Assembly: GCA_040755615.1 (NCBI GenBank)
Contig: JBFMAL010000009.1
Coordinates: forward strand, 3,155 to 67,154
Length of the DNA stretch: 64,000 bases
DNA from: Bacillota bacterium
GTDB taxonomy: Bacteria > Bacillota > Sulfobacillia > DUSP01 > DYEP01
Direction: 5' to 3'
Position numbers and translations under genes: made by a program. The number at the start of each line of letters is the position of its first letter. Within the stretch, counting starts at the first letter, position 1. The notes under the pieces are model-generated. The model was not told the origin of the DNA. It made no database searches and worked only from the letters and a program-made list of their open reading frames with translations. Of the stretch, positions 28,634 to 39,329 are shown piece after piece.

Positions 28634-31600
28634 GGCAGCGCTGCCACCTCCGCCAGAATCTGTTCCTCGGTGAAGCCGCGGAGCACTATCGCGCCGCACC
28701 TGCAGTTGGCCGCGCAGCTACCGCAGCCCTTGCACACCGCGCTCTCTACTTCCGCCACTTTCTTGTCCGGGTTCACCCGGATGGCGGAGAACACGCACAG
28801 CTGCTCACATGCGCCGCAGCCTGTGCAGCGGTTTTCAATGACCGACGCCACGATGCCTCCGGCTTCAATCGACTCCTTCGATATGACTGTCACGGCACGG
28901 CCTACAGCGGCCATCGCCTGGGAAATACTCTCTGATACTGTCTTGGGCGCGTGCGCAAGGCCCGCCACGAACACACCGTCGGTGGCGAAATCCACGGGGC
29001 GAAGCTTGACGTGCGCCTCCAGGAAGAACCTGTCATCGTTCACGGGCACCTTCAGGAGTTGGGCCACGGCCTTGGAGTCGTCGTGAGGCACGATGGCCGC
29101 TCCAAGCACCACGCAGTCGGCGTCCATCTCCGCGTCGCAGCCTGATACGGCGTCGTGCACGCGCACGGTGAGACGGCCGTCCAAAGCCTGTACCACAGGT
29201 TTTGCCTGATCGTCATAGCGGATGAACGTCACGCCAGCCTCCCTCGCCGCCCTGTAGTAGTCCTCTTTCAGGCCGTAGGTCCGCATATCCCGGTACAGCA
29301 CCGTCACCTCAGCGCTCGGGTCAGCCGCCAGGATGTCCAGCGCGTTCTTCACCGCCTGCCCGCAGCATACCCTCGAGCAGTACGGCCGTTCCGGTTCTCT
29401 TGAGCCCACGCACTGGATCATCACCACCCGCCTGCCCGGCAGCGCGCCTTTTGCGAGCCGCTGTTCCAGTTGGGTCTGCGTCATCACCCGGTCGTCGGTC
29501 CCGTACAGGTACTCCGTGGGCTCGTATTCCTTGCCGCCTGTCGCTACCACTACCGCGCCGTGCTCGAAGCTGACCTTCTCGCCGCGCACCGACAGCGTTG
29601 TCTTGAAGTTGCCCACGAACCCGTCGATCGCCTCTATCTCCGCGCCCGTGTATACGGTTACCAGCTCGTTGTTGCTCACCCTGTCCACGAGCTCGGAAAG
29701 GAGTTTTTTGTAATCTGTGCCCTCGAGCGACTTTGCCAGCTTTTTCAGGTTGCCGCCCAGCGAGTCCTCGCGCTCCACCAGGTATACCGGGTATCCCTGG
29801 TCAGCGAAGCCGAGCGCCGCGGTCATGCCCGCAGGTCCGCCCCCAATGACCATCGCCTTCTGGATCACCGGTACCTTATGCCGCTTTAAGGGCTCAAGCC
29901 GCGCGGCCTTGGCCACCGCCATGGCTACCAGGTCTTTCGCCTTCCGCGTGGCGGCCGCGGGCTCGTGCATGTGCACCCATGAGCACTGGTCACGGATGTT
30001 GGCCATTTCAAACAGGTACGGGTTCAGCCCCGCTTCCCTGATGGTCTGCTGGAACAGCGGTTCGTGAGTGCGCGGTGAGCAGCTGGCGACCACGATTCGG
30101 TTCAGGTCGTGCTCCTCGATGAGCGCCTTGATCTTGTCCTGTGTATCCTGGGAGCAGGTGTACAGGTTCTCCTCCGCGTACACCACGTACGGCAGCGTGC
30201 GTGCATACTCCACTATTTCGGGCACGCGCACCACACCGCCTATGTTGATGCCGCAGTGGCACACGAACACGCCGATCCGCGGCCTCTTGTTCCTTACGTC
30301 GCGTTCCTTCGGGTACTGCTTGGCGGAGACTCGCGTGAACCTCTCGGGCGCCAGCACCGAGCCGACCGCCGCTGCGGCCGCCGAAGCCTCCATCACTGTT
30401 TCCGGTATGTCCTTCGGGCCTGCAAAAGCGCCAGAGACGAAGATTCCCGGAGTGGAGGTAGCTACCGCCGCGACTCCTGAGGACAACACATAGTTATGCT
30501 CGTCAAGGTGTAGGCCTACGCGCTTTGCCAGCTCCACTGTGTCTGCCTTCGGCCGCATGCCGACGGACAGCACCACCATGTCGAACTCTTCTGTGTCCAT
30601 GTGCCCGTCTTCGTGCGTGAACCGGACGCGCAGGTTTTGGTTGGACCGGTCCTCCTCTACTCCGTAGACCTTGGCGCGGACGAACCGCACGCCGTGCTCT
30701 TCCCGGGCCCTGTTGTAGTATTTTTCGAAGTCCTTGCCATAGGCCCTCATGTCCATGAAGAAAATGGTGATGTCAAGGTCGCCGGACACGTGTTCCTTGG
30801 CGATGACCGCCTCCTTTATTGCGTACATGCAGCACACAGAGGAGCAGTATGATTCGGCCTCTTTCACGTCCCTTGAGCCGATGCACTGCACGAAGGCGAT
30901 CCGCTTCGGCGTTCTGTGGTCAGATGGTCTCACCACGTGGCCTTCGTACGGGCCGGATGCAGACAGGATCCGCTCGAACTCAAGCGATGTCACCACGTTC
31001 TTGTATTTGCCGTAACCGTACTGGGTGAGAGGGGACGGGTCAAACGCCTCAAAGCCCGGGCACAGCACCACCGCGCCCACTTCTATCTCCCTGATCACGG
31101 GCTCATCGTCATGCATTACCGCGTTTGCGCGGCAGGCCGCCTCGCACTCGAGGCACTCCGAGCACACGCCGCAGTCGAGGCACCTTGAGGCCTCCGCCAC
31201 GGCCTGCTCGGCAGTATATGGCAGCTCTACTTCCGCAAAGCCTGAAAGCCTCTCTGAGAGCGGGAGCGTGGGCCATTTCTTTCTCGCTTCCCTCGCGCGT
31301 TCCTTGGGGACATCACCCACTACCATATGGGGCTTATCAAACACCCGGTCCTCACGCAGGTCTCTCCCTTCGAGGTACCGCAGGATGCTCTCCGCGGCCC
31401 TCTTGCCCGCCGCCACGGCTTCCACCACGGTAGCAGGCCCCGTCACCGCGTCGCCGCCGGCGAACACACCGGGGACAGAGGTTTCGAGTGTATCCGGGTC
31501 CGCCTTCAGCCATCTTCCCCTGTCGGTGATCTCTGGCGCTTCATCTGCGAAGCTGAGGTCCGGCACCTGGCCGATGGCTGATATGATGGTGTCGCCCGCG

Positions 31601-33051
31601 ACGGTGAACAGAGAACCCGGGATGGGCTCGGGCCTTCTCCTGCCGGAGGCGTCGGGCTTGCCAAGCCGCATGCGCACACACTCAAGTCCGCGTGCGACCC
31701 CGTTTTCCGCAATGACTCGGTGCGGCGCCGTGAGGAACTGTATCTCTATTCCCTCACGCTGCGCTTCTTCGACCTCGTGCTCGTTTGCGGGCATTTCGGC
31801 CCTGGAGCGCCTGTAAAGGATGGTCACTTTCTTCGCGCCCAGCCTGAGCGCGGACCGCGCCGCGTCGATGGCCACGTTGCCGCCGCCGATGACCAGCACG
31901 GACTCTCCGACCTTCACGGGCTTTTGGAGGTTCATCTCTCGCAGGAAATCCACGCCCGATAGCACGCCGGCGGCGTCCTCTCCCTCAATGCCCAGCCTTT
32001 GCTCGCGGTGAGCGCCCACCGCGATGAACACGGCCCTGTAGCCCTGGGCCTTCAGGTCGGAAAGGCTCACGTCGCGGCCCAGCGCGGTGTTGCACCTGAT
32101 CTCCACGCCCAGCCTTTCGATGGCGCCGATCTCCGCTCGGATCACGTCCTTCGGCAGCCTGTAGGGCGGGATGCCCACGGTGAGCATGCCGCCTGCCACA
32201 GGCAGCGCCTCAAACACCGTGACGTCAAATCCCTCGAGCGCCAGGTCGTAGGCGCATGTCAAGCCAGCGGGACCTGAACCCACCACGGCCACCTTGACGC
32301 CGCGGGAGGGCTTGGGCTCGGGATCGACACACACGCCCCTTTCATATTCATAGTCAGCGATAAACCTCTTCAAATGACATATGGCGATTGGGTCGTCTAT
32401 GAGGCCGCGCTTGCAGCTGGCCTCGCACGGGTGGTGACACACCCTCCCGCATATGGCGGGCAGGGGGTTGTTTCGCTTCACCAGCCGTACCGCCTCTTTG
32501 AACTTGCCATCCCGGATGAGTGCCACGTAACCCTGGGCGTGCACTCCCGCAGGGCAACTCACAGTGCATAACGCCCTGTCCTTCTTCTCTATGCTGAACG
32601 CGTTGGGGTACGCCTGGGGGAATGGCCGGAACACGGCCTTCCTCTCGCCCAGCCCGTACTCGTACTGGTTTTTCACCCTGACCGGACAGGCCTTTTCGCA
32701 GTCCCCGCAGCCCGTACATTTAGACAGGTCGATATACCGGGGATTCTGCCTGATCTTCACCTTGAACTGGCCTTCGGTCCCTTCGATATCCAGGACTTCG
32801 GCGTTCGTCAGGCTCTCTATGTTGAGGTGCCTGCCGCATTCCACAAGCTTTGGAGAAAGGATGCACATGGCGCAGTCGTTGGTGGGAAAGGTCTTATCAA
32901 GGCGCGCCATGGTACCGCCGATGGATGGGGACTTCTCCACCAGGTAGACGTAAAACCCGGATTCGGCCAGGTCCAGTGAGGCCTGCATGCCCGCTATGCC
33001 CCCGCCGACCACCAACGCCGCTCCCACTTTGTTCTTTCTGTCAGCGGCCAC
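28627..33051 (-). CDS. hdrL: giant HdrA-like multi-domain flavoprotein, second paralog (HdrL-type, 1474 aa)
   Basis: Same architecture as 11355-15797: VVGGGIAGMQAS, VAVVGSGPAGLTCA, VIGGGPAGMTAA, NfnB-like CGRVCHHPCEASC, internal VFVCHCGINIG, multiple ferredoxin motifs. About 55-60% identity to the first paralog in the N-terminal region by eye. Confidence 0.8.
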   Translation of the reverse strand: MAADRKNKVGAALVVGGGIAGMQASLDLAESGFYVYLVEKSPSIGGTMARLDKTFPTNDCAMCILSPKLVECGRHLNIESLTNAEVLDIEGTEGQFKVKIRQNPRYIDLSKCTGCGDCEKACPVRVKNQYEYGLGERKAVFRPFPQAYPNAFSIEKKDRALCTVSCPAGVHAQGYVALIRDGKFKEAVRLVKRNNPLPAICGRVCHHPCEASCKRGLIDDPIAICHLKRFIADYEYERGVCVDPEPKPSRGVKVAVVGSGPAGLTCAYDLALEGFDVTVFEALPVAGGMLTVGIPPYRLPKDVIRAEIGAIERLGVEIRCNTALGRDVSLSDLKAQGYRAVFIAVGAHREQRLGIEGEDAAGVLSGVDFLREMNLQKPVKVGESVLVIGGGNVAIDAARSALRLGAKKVTILYRRSRAEMPANEHEVEEAQREGIEIQFLTAPHRVIAENGVARGLECVRMRLGKPDASGRRRPEPIPGSLFTVAGDTIISAIGQVPDLSFADEAPEITDRGRWLKADPDTLETSVPGVFAGGDAVTGPATVVEAVAAGKRAAESILRYLEGRDLREDRVFDKPHMVVGDVPKERAREARKKWPTLPLSERLSGFAEVELPYTAEQAVAEASRCLDCGVCSECLECEAACRANAVMHDDEPVIREIEVGAVVLCPGFEAFDPSPLTQYGYGKYKNVVTSLEFERILSASGPYEGHVVRPSDHRTPKRIAFVQCIGSRDVKEAESYCSSVCCMYAIKEAVIAKEHVSGDLDITIFFMDMRAYGKDFEKYYNRAREEHGVRFVRAKVYGVEEDRSNQNLRVRFTHEDGHMDTEEFDMVVLSVGMRPKADTVELAKRVGLHLDEHNYVLSSGVAAVATSTPGIFVSGAFAGPKDIPETVMEASAAAAAVGSVLAPERFTRVSAKQYPKERDVRNKRPRIGVFVCHCGINIGGVVRVPEIVEYARTLPYVVYAEENLYTCSQDTQDKIKALIEEHDLNRIVVASCSPRTHEPLFQQTIREAGLNPYLFEMANIRDQCSWVHMHEPAAATRKAKDLVAMAVAKAARLEPLKRHKVPVIQKAMVIGGGPAGMTAALGFADQGYPVYLVEREDSLGGNLKKLAKSLEGTDYKKLLSELVDRVSNNELVTVYTGAEIEAIDGFVGNFKTTLSVRGEKVSFEHGAVVVATGGKEYEPTEYLYGTDDRVMTQTQLEQRLAKGALPGRRVVMIQCVGSREPERPYCSRVCCGQAVKNALDILAADPSAEVTVLYRDMRTYGLKEDYYRAAREAGVTFIRYDDQAKPVVQALDGRLTVRVHDAVSGCDAEMDADCVVLGAAIVPHDDSKAVAQLLKVPVNDDRFFLEAHVKLRPVDFATDGVFVAGLAHAPKTVSESISQAMAAVGRAVTVISKESIEAGGIVASVIENRCTGCGACEQLCVFSAIRVNPDKKVAEVESAVCKGCGSCAANCRCGAIVLRGFTEEQILAEVAALPW

Positions 33052-33054
33052 CGT

Positions 33055-33537
33055 CTACTCCTCCCCCGAACCTAAAGAGTTTACCACTCCCGCAAGCAGC
33101 GCGCGAAAGTCGACGCTCTCTGACTTTGCCTTGCCGGGAAGCATGGACAGCACCAGCGCGCGCCTCACCTTCTGCGAGAACTCGTCGGCCTGCTCCATCC
33201 TTTCGAGGAAGGATGGGTGCACGAAGCCGTGCTCCACGGCCATCTCACGAAGTACTCCCATGATGTCCGTGAACCGGACGTCTTGCGGGCAGTGCGCGTG
33301 GCAGGTGTGGCACGTGGTGCAGAGCCATATGAGATCCGACGAGAGCACTTCCTCGCGGAGGCCAAGGAGTACCTTTCTTATAATCCGCCTCGGGTTGTAT
33401 TCTTCGTCCACTTCCGCCACCGGGCAGCCGGCGGTGCACACGCCGCAAGCAAAACATGTCTTGATCCTGTCTCCGCCGGGCCGGCTTGCCACCTCATACT
33501 TGAACCTGGGATCCACTTTTGTCTCACACAAGGCCAT
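33055..33537 (-). CDS. HdrC-like 2x[4Fe-4S] ferredoxin subunit
   Basis: CFACGVCTAGCP and CTTCHTCHAHCP motifs. 160 aa. Confidence 0.7.
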   Translation of the reverse strand: MALCETKVDPRFKYEVASRPGGDRIKTCFACGVCTAGCPVAEVDEEYNPRRIIRKVLLGLREEVLSSDLIWLCTTCHTCHAHCPQDVRFTDIMGVLREMAVEHGFVHPSFLERMEQADEFSQKVRRALVLSMLPGKAKSESVDFRALLAGVVNSLGSGEE

Positions 33538-33555
33538 ACAATTCTCCCTCCTCGG

Positions 33556-33972
33556 CTATACCGCGTCAAAACCTGCGCGGGAGGATATTCCGTTCAACTT
33601 GACTGCCATTTCGTCTATGGCGCGGACGAAGCGTGCGGGCGTCGCAGGGGAAACATTCACCATGGAAAGCCTATCCGGGTCAAGCCCTGCGTCCTGAAGC
33701 TGCGCCTTCAGATATTCCACTCTCTTGCTCGCACGCACGTTGCCTGAGACAAAGTTGCAGGCGTCCTCGAAACAACCGAACACCAAGACTCCGTCGGCGC
33801 CCTGCTCGAATGCCTTGAGAATGTGGATCGCGTCCACCCTTCCTGAACACTCCACAGGATAAAACATTACGCCACCGTCAAGCCTTGCGCCCTTGCTCAC
33901 AGCCTCAAATAAGCACTTGCTCGCCGAATGTTCGCAACAAAAAGCCACTATCCGGGGCGACCTGTCGCTCAC
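33556..33972 (-). CDS. MvhD-like iron-sulfur subunit (GTG start overlapping upstream stop as GTGA)
   Basis: RIVAFCCEHSASKC ... CSGRVD ... GCFEDACNF MvhD-like pattern. GGGAGGGAG RBS before GTG at 33972. Confidence 0.65.
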   Translation of the reverse strand: MSDRSPRIVAFCCEHSASKCLFEAVSKGARLDGGVMFYPVECSGRVDAIHILKAFEQGADGVLVFGCFEDACNFVSGNVRASKRVEYLKAQLQDAGLDPDRLSMVNVSPATPARFVRAIDEMAVKLNGISSRAGFDAV

Positions 33973-35513
33973 AGCGCTCCCTCCCCACTCGATGCGAGTT
34001 CTGCCAGGAATTCCTCGTCGGTATATGCGATGACACTTATGGCCCGGGCGGGGCAGGCCGAGGCGCACACGCCGCAACCTTTGCATTTTGAGCCGTCAAC
34101 CCTGGCAGCGGATTTGTCCGACATGCTGTAGCTGTCGATAGCGATGGCTCCGAACGGGCAGAGCCTCACGCAGGTGAGGCACCTGGCACACAGCGCCGCG
34201 TCCACCGCCACCTTGTCGCTCGTGTCCACGCACGAAAGGAAGCGTTCTATCTCATCCGCAGCCTGGTACGCATCAAGCGCCTGTTCGTAGTCGTCAAGAT
34301 CCGCCCTTGCCTCGCCCACCACAAAGATACCCACGCGCGCGCTGTTCACCCCGGAAAACCTCACGTTGCCGGGCTGCACAGGCGAAAGCCCGAGCACCCT
34401 GGCAGCGCCAGCCAGTGCCTTCGAGGGTACCAGCGTCTCGTCAACGACCAGGATGTCAAGGGGCAAATGGAGCGGTTGTTCCATCCACTGCCCGCCAAGA
34501 GACGGCAAATGGCAGCTGACGACGAGAGCGTCTTCCTCTGTTGACACCGAAAACGCTCGCCCTTCTTTCTTGATCACCAGCACTCCCGCTTCCCGCGCCT
34601 GCCTGTACTTGGCTTCAAGTCCTTTGCCCGCAACCTTTACATCCCGGCAGAACACGTACGCTTCGCCGCCAAAGCGCGTGACAACGTCTTTGGCTAGGTC
34701 AAGCGCCTGAGTTACATATCGCTTGGAGTGCTCGGTGGAAACGTCCACCATGAAGCCGACACGGCGTCCCCTGAGCCTCGGTACGCATACTGTACTCTCG
34801 CTGTTTAAAAGACACGAAAACCCTGTCATGGAGTATATGCCCATGCCCAGTTCAAAGCCGTGATCCGCCTGACGGTACTCCGAGTTTTGGGACTCGGCCA
34901 GCACCAAAGCTCCGGCGGGCAGGTCCAACTTTTCGCCGGCCTTCTCCACCGTGAGCGAAAAGCGCCCAGGGCCGCCCTCGAGCCTGATGAGACTCGCGCC
35001 AGCGAGCACCGATACGCCCGCTGTATCAAGCAGCGCAGCTTTCTCCGGGGGCATGCCGCCTTCCGCCTCGGTGATCAGAGTCACCTTCTTGCCCCGTCCG
35101 GCCAGCAGCCCGGCGACATGAAGCCCCGCAGGGTTATCACCCACCACGACCACTTCATCCGAGGTCACACATGAAGATGCCGGCTTCCTGGCAGCCTTTG
35201 CGCGAGCCCGGGCCACAGCGCGGGCGAGTAACTCTCTGGCCTTGTCGCCGGGTTCCCGGTACATGAACGCGCAGCCTTCCCGGAGGTCCAAGAACACGCT
35301 GTCAGTCCCTGCGCTGCCTGCTAGAAGCCTTCTTGCGAGAAACGGCGGGCACGCGCCGATCACCGCGGGGCCCCCGTCCAACACGCCTTTATCCTCTCCG
35401 CAGAGGCACTCCACCGCCGTGCCGCCGAACTCAGACGCAAGCGCGTTAATGTCGATGCGGTCCGAGATGGCGCCCCTGCAGCCGCACAGCACCAGCTTGA
35501 ATTCATCCATCAC
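33969..35513 (-). CDS. degenerate HdrA-like protein (N-terminal Cys domain + degenerate FAD fold + C-terminal 2x[4Fe-4S])
   Basis: LVLCGCRGAIS N-terminal motif, degenerate VVVVGDNPAG dinucleotide site, C-terminal CARCLTCVRLCP and CKGCGVCASACP. Confidence 0.55.
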   Translation of the reverse strand: MMDEFKLVLCGCRGAISDRIDINALASEFGGTAVECLCGEDKGVLDGGPAVIGACPPFLARRLLAGSAGTDSVFLDLREGCAFMYREPGDKARELLARAVARARAKAARKPASSCVTSDEVVVVGDNPAGLHVAGLLAGRGKKVTLITEAEGGMPPEKAALLDTAGVSVLAGASLIRLEGGPGRFSLTVEKAGEKLDLPAGALVLAESQNSEYRQADHGFELGMGIYSMTGFSCLLNSESTVCVPRLRGRRVGFMVDVSTEHSKRYVTQALDLAKDVVTRFGGEAYVFCRDVKVAGKGLEAKYRQAREAGVLVIKKEGRAFSVSTEEDALVVSCHLPSLGGQWMEQPLHLPLDILVVDETLVPSKALAGAARVLGLSPVQPGNVRFSGVNSARVGIFVVGEARADLDDYEQALDAYQAADEIERFLSCVDTSDKVAVDAALCARCLTCVRLCPFGAIAIDSYSMSDKSAARVDGSKCKGCGVCASACPARAISVIAYTDEEFLAELASSGEGAL

Positions 35514-36733
35514 GACGACACCTCCGCCTCAAGCCGGGATACGAGCGACATTGCCGCGCCCTGCGCGTGGGCGATGGCGTCCGCGATGGTCATGGGCTTG
35601 GCGCACGCCCCTGCCACCACCACGCCTGGCCTGCGCGTGGCGAAATGGCCGGTCTCGTCAAAGAATCCGTGCTCGTCAAGGTTCAGCCCAAGTCGCCTGC
35701 CGACCAGCGCCGCGTCTTCGCGCGGCCAGATGCCTGTGGACAGCACCACCAGGTCAAACTCGGCATGCGCGACCCGGGCGCTTGATTGGTCCTCGTATCT
35801 GACCAACACGCCCTGCTTTCCCTTCTTGATCTCCACCGGCATCCCCGACACGAACCTGGCGTGTGCCTTGCACTCTTCATATACCTTGGAAAAGCCTTTA
35901 CCTGCCGACTGTATGTCCATGTAGAACAGGGTAAACTCGGTGTCAGGCCGCTCTTTCCTTAGGGCGTTGATCATCCTCAGCGCATACTTGCAGCACACCT
36001 CGGAGCAGTAGTTTCTCCCGAGGGGGATGTTACGGGAACCCACGCACTGCACGAACGCGATGCGCCGGGGCGCTTGGCCATGAAGGAGCAGCGTCCCGTG
36101 CTGTCTCAGCGCTTCCTCCGCCTCCATGGCCGTCATCACGCCGGGTATCCTGCCGTAGCCCAGGTCCCATGCGTTCGCGGCATCGAACGGGGAGAACCCG
36201 GTCGCCACCACCACTCCGTCCGCGCGCAGCGTAAATGTCCGGGCCGGCAGGAGCTGTATCGCCCCGAAAGCACATGCAGTCCTGCACTTTCCGGCGCAAT
36301 CTGCGGGGCATTCTGCTTCGTTCATCACCACGGCCTGCGGATATGCACTCGCAGGCGCTCTCTTTATGGCGCCGGCGGTGCAGCTGTCCATGCACTGGCC
36401 GCATGCCGTACATTTGTCAGGGTCCACCCATCTTTCCCTCTGGGTCACCTCGACGGTGAAATCTCCGGGGAAGCCCCGGAGGGCGGTTACCGATGCCCTG
36501 GTGTGCACCGCCACTCCAGACAGGTCTCCGAGCTCCTCCATCTTATCGCTAACCAGGCAGACACCGCACATGGTGCAGCTTGATGACGCCTTACACCCGT
36601 AGGTGATCGCGCGTCCGCCCAGGTAGTCGGCTCTGTCGACGATGTGCACGTCGATTCCCCGTCGCGCGAGGGAAAGGGCGGCGGAAACCCCGGCTATACC
36701 TCCACCAATGATGATGACAGTACGTTTTGCCAA
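35510..36733 (-). CDS. HdrA-like FAD oxidoreductase core (lacks the N-terminal Cys domain and C-terminal ferredoxin)
   Basis: VIIIGGGIAGVSAA FAD site, inserted ferredoxin motifs (CTACGQCMDSC), HdrA-like CVGSR and CSEVCC motifs. Confidence 0.65.
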   Translation of the reverse strand: MAKRTVIIIGGGIAGVSAALSLARRGIDVHIVDRADYLGGRAITYGCKASSSCTMCGVCLVSDKMEELGDLSGVAVHTRASVTALRGFPGDFTVEVTQRERWVDPDKCTACGQCMDSCTAGAIKRAPASAYPQAVVMNEAECPADCAGKCRTACAFGAIQLLPARTFTLRADGVVVATGFSPFDAANAWDLGYGRIPGVMTAMEAEEALRQHGTLLLHGQAPRRIAFVQCVGSRNIPLGRNYCSEVCCKYALRMINALRKERPDTEFTLFYMDIQSAGKGFSKVYEECKAHARFVSGMPVEIKKGKQGVLVRYEDQSSARVAHAEFDLVVLSTGIWPREDAALVGRRLGLNLDEHGFFDETGHFATRRPGVVVAGACAKPMTIADAIAHAQGAAMSLVSRLEAEVSS

Positions 36734-36760
36734 AGGTCAAAGCCCCCCTTTTTTTGCTTT

Positions 36761-37567
<807 letters not shown>

Positions 37568-38587
37568 TTAAAAGTGGTTCGGAACCATCATCTGGTCGAT
37601 ATGCTTCTTAACTAGCTGGACAGCCTTTGGGTGCCTTAAGACCAGCACGTGAGCACCGGCCTGGAGCAGCGCGCCCGCGGTGACCGCTTCCCAGAGCACG
37701 GATCTGGTATCCACCTCGCCCCACGTGGGGAATTCTGATGCGGGTGCGTTGGCCTCTTTGGACCTCCATGATTCATAACCGACATTGCATATAACGGGCA
37801 TGGACAGCATCTTATCCCCACCTAGCGCGCCCAGGCGTATCCGTTCCATGATGGAGTACACGTACTCGATGCCGTAGCCGAGCCCCGCCACCGTCGGGTC
37901 GATGAGCACGCGCTCAAAGGGCAGGTTCATCTCGGTGATCAGGATGTTCAGCTGCTTGCATATATTGATGTCGATCGGCGATTGGGCGATGATCGTGTGC
38001 TTGTGCACCATGCAGGCGGCGGTAAGCGTCTTGTAGTTCTCCTGGGTAGCCGTGCCGAGCACCAGGTTTTCGCCTGCAGCGGCCTCCGCCACCACTGGAA
38101 GCACCTCGTTGTCCTTTTCGTCGTCACCGCATCCGATAACGATCAGCGGGACTGATACGGCGGAAAGCACGCTCTTCACTGTGCTCGCGCATGCTTCGGG
38201 CGATCTGTTCTCCCCTTCGGGGTCCGCCCCGTTGAGCCGGAGGCAGATGAGGTCCGCCCCGTAATCCTCAACACACTTTTTGGCCCAGGCCGCGGGATCA
38301 TCAAGTACGCCGGCGAAGGGCTCCGTAAGGTGCGCTGCCCAGCCTTCTGGCTGGACGTCCAGGACCTCCATGGCGACTACCGGCCTGTTTGCCACCTCTC
38401 CCTCAAAATGGAGGAAAGGTAGTGTGCTGTCTCCGCCGACCTTTATTACGTGAGACCTGGTCCCGCCCATCTCCTTGGTAGCCCCGAGCACGACCTCACC
38501 GACCCTGCTCGTGTACCGTTCCTTGAGCTTTTCAACAGCCATGGCTACTCCCCTTTCTTTAAGACAAGCCTTATGATCAAATGCCAC
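37568..38587 (-). CDS. acsD: corrinoid iron-sulfur protein small (delta) subunit
   Basis: TIM-barrel CFeSP small-subunit-like sequence in the canonical position between cooC and acsE. Confidence 0.8.
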   Translation of the reverse strand: MAFDHKACLKERGVAMAVEKLKERYTSRVGEVVLGATKEMGGTRSHVIKVGGDSTLPFLHFEGEVANRPVVAMEVLDVQPEGWAAHLTEPFAGVLDDPAAWAKKCVEDYGADLICLRLNGADPEGENRSPEACASTVKSVLSAVSVPLIVIGCGDDEKDNEVLPVVAEAAAGENLVLGTATQENYKTLTAACMVHKHTIIAQSPIDINICKQLNILITEMNLPFERVLIDPTVAGLGYGIEYVYSIMERIRLGALGGDKMLSMPVICNVGYESWRSKEANAPASEFPTWGEVDTRSVLWEAVTAGALLQAGAHVLVLRHPKAVQLVKKHIDQMMVPNHF

Positions 38588-39329
38588 GCGCCTCGAGGAT
38601 GGCGCCGACCGCTACTACTGACGGGGCGTCATCCGGCAGTTCGAGCAGGGCGCGGCCCTTCAAATCATATTCAGATACCAGCGGATCAAAGGGCACGGTG
38701 CCGGCGAGCGTAAGGCCCTGCGCCTCTATCTCAGGCATTAGCGCGACGAGATCGCCCTCGCGCGCCCGCGTGACCACCAGGTACATCTCTCTTACATCAA
38801 GTCGCAGCGCACCGACAAGCGCCCTCACCCTGCCTGCGGAGCGAATGCCCCTCACCGTCGGGTCCGAAGTAACAAAGAGCACGTCCACATCCCTGGCCAC
38901 GCGACGTGACAAGTGCTCAAGCCCTGCCTCATTGTCCATAACGAGGTAGGGGTAGTTCCGCGACAGGATTTCCATGTGCCTTCGAAGCAAATCATTAGGA
39001 AAACAGTAGCAGCCCGGTCCCTCGGGCCCTCCCATAACCAGAAGGTCTACGTCCTTGCCTTCCGACAGCGCCGCGTTCAGCCTGTACTCTATGAACTGGT
39101 CTTTGCTCATGCCCGCGGGCAGCGCCTTACTCTCCTTTGTCTCCGAAATAATTTCTGAGATGGTATGGGAAACCGGAAGCCCCAGGGCCTCGTTCAGGTT
39201 GGCATTGGCATCGGCGTCCACTGCCAAGACCGGCTTCTTCCCGTTTTTCACAAGCCAGCCTACAGTCAGTGCGGCGAACGTCGTTTTGCCCGTGCCCCCT
39301 TTGCCCGCGAGAGCGATATGCTTCTTCAC
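38577..39329 (-). CDS. cooC: CODH/ACS nickel-insertion ATPase (CooC/AcsF)
   Basis: Walker A ([12 protein letters not shown]) and MinD/ParA-type deviant ATPase with a CxC motif (GCYC). Confidence 0.85.
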   Translation of the reverse strand: MKKHIALAGKGGTGKTTFAALTVGWLVKNGKKPVLAVDADANANLNEALGLPVSHTISEIISETKESKALPAGMSKDQFIEYRLNAALSEGKDVDLLVMGGPEGPGCYCFPNDLLRRHMEILSRNYPYLVMDNEAGLEHLSRRVARDVDVLFVTSDPTVRGIRSAGRVRALVGALRLDVREMYLVVTRAREGDLVALMPEIEAQGLTLAGTVPFDPLVSEYDLKGRALLELPDDAPSVVAVGAILEARGI

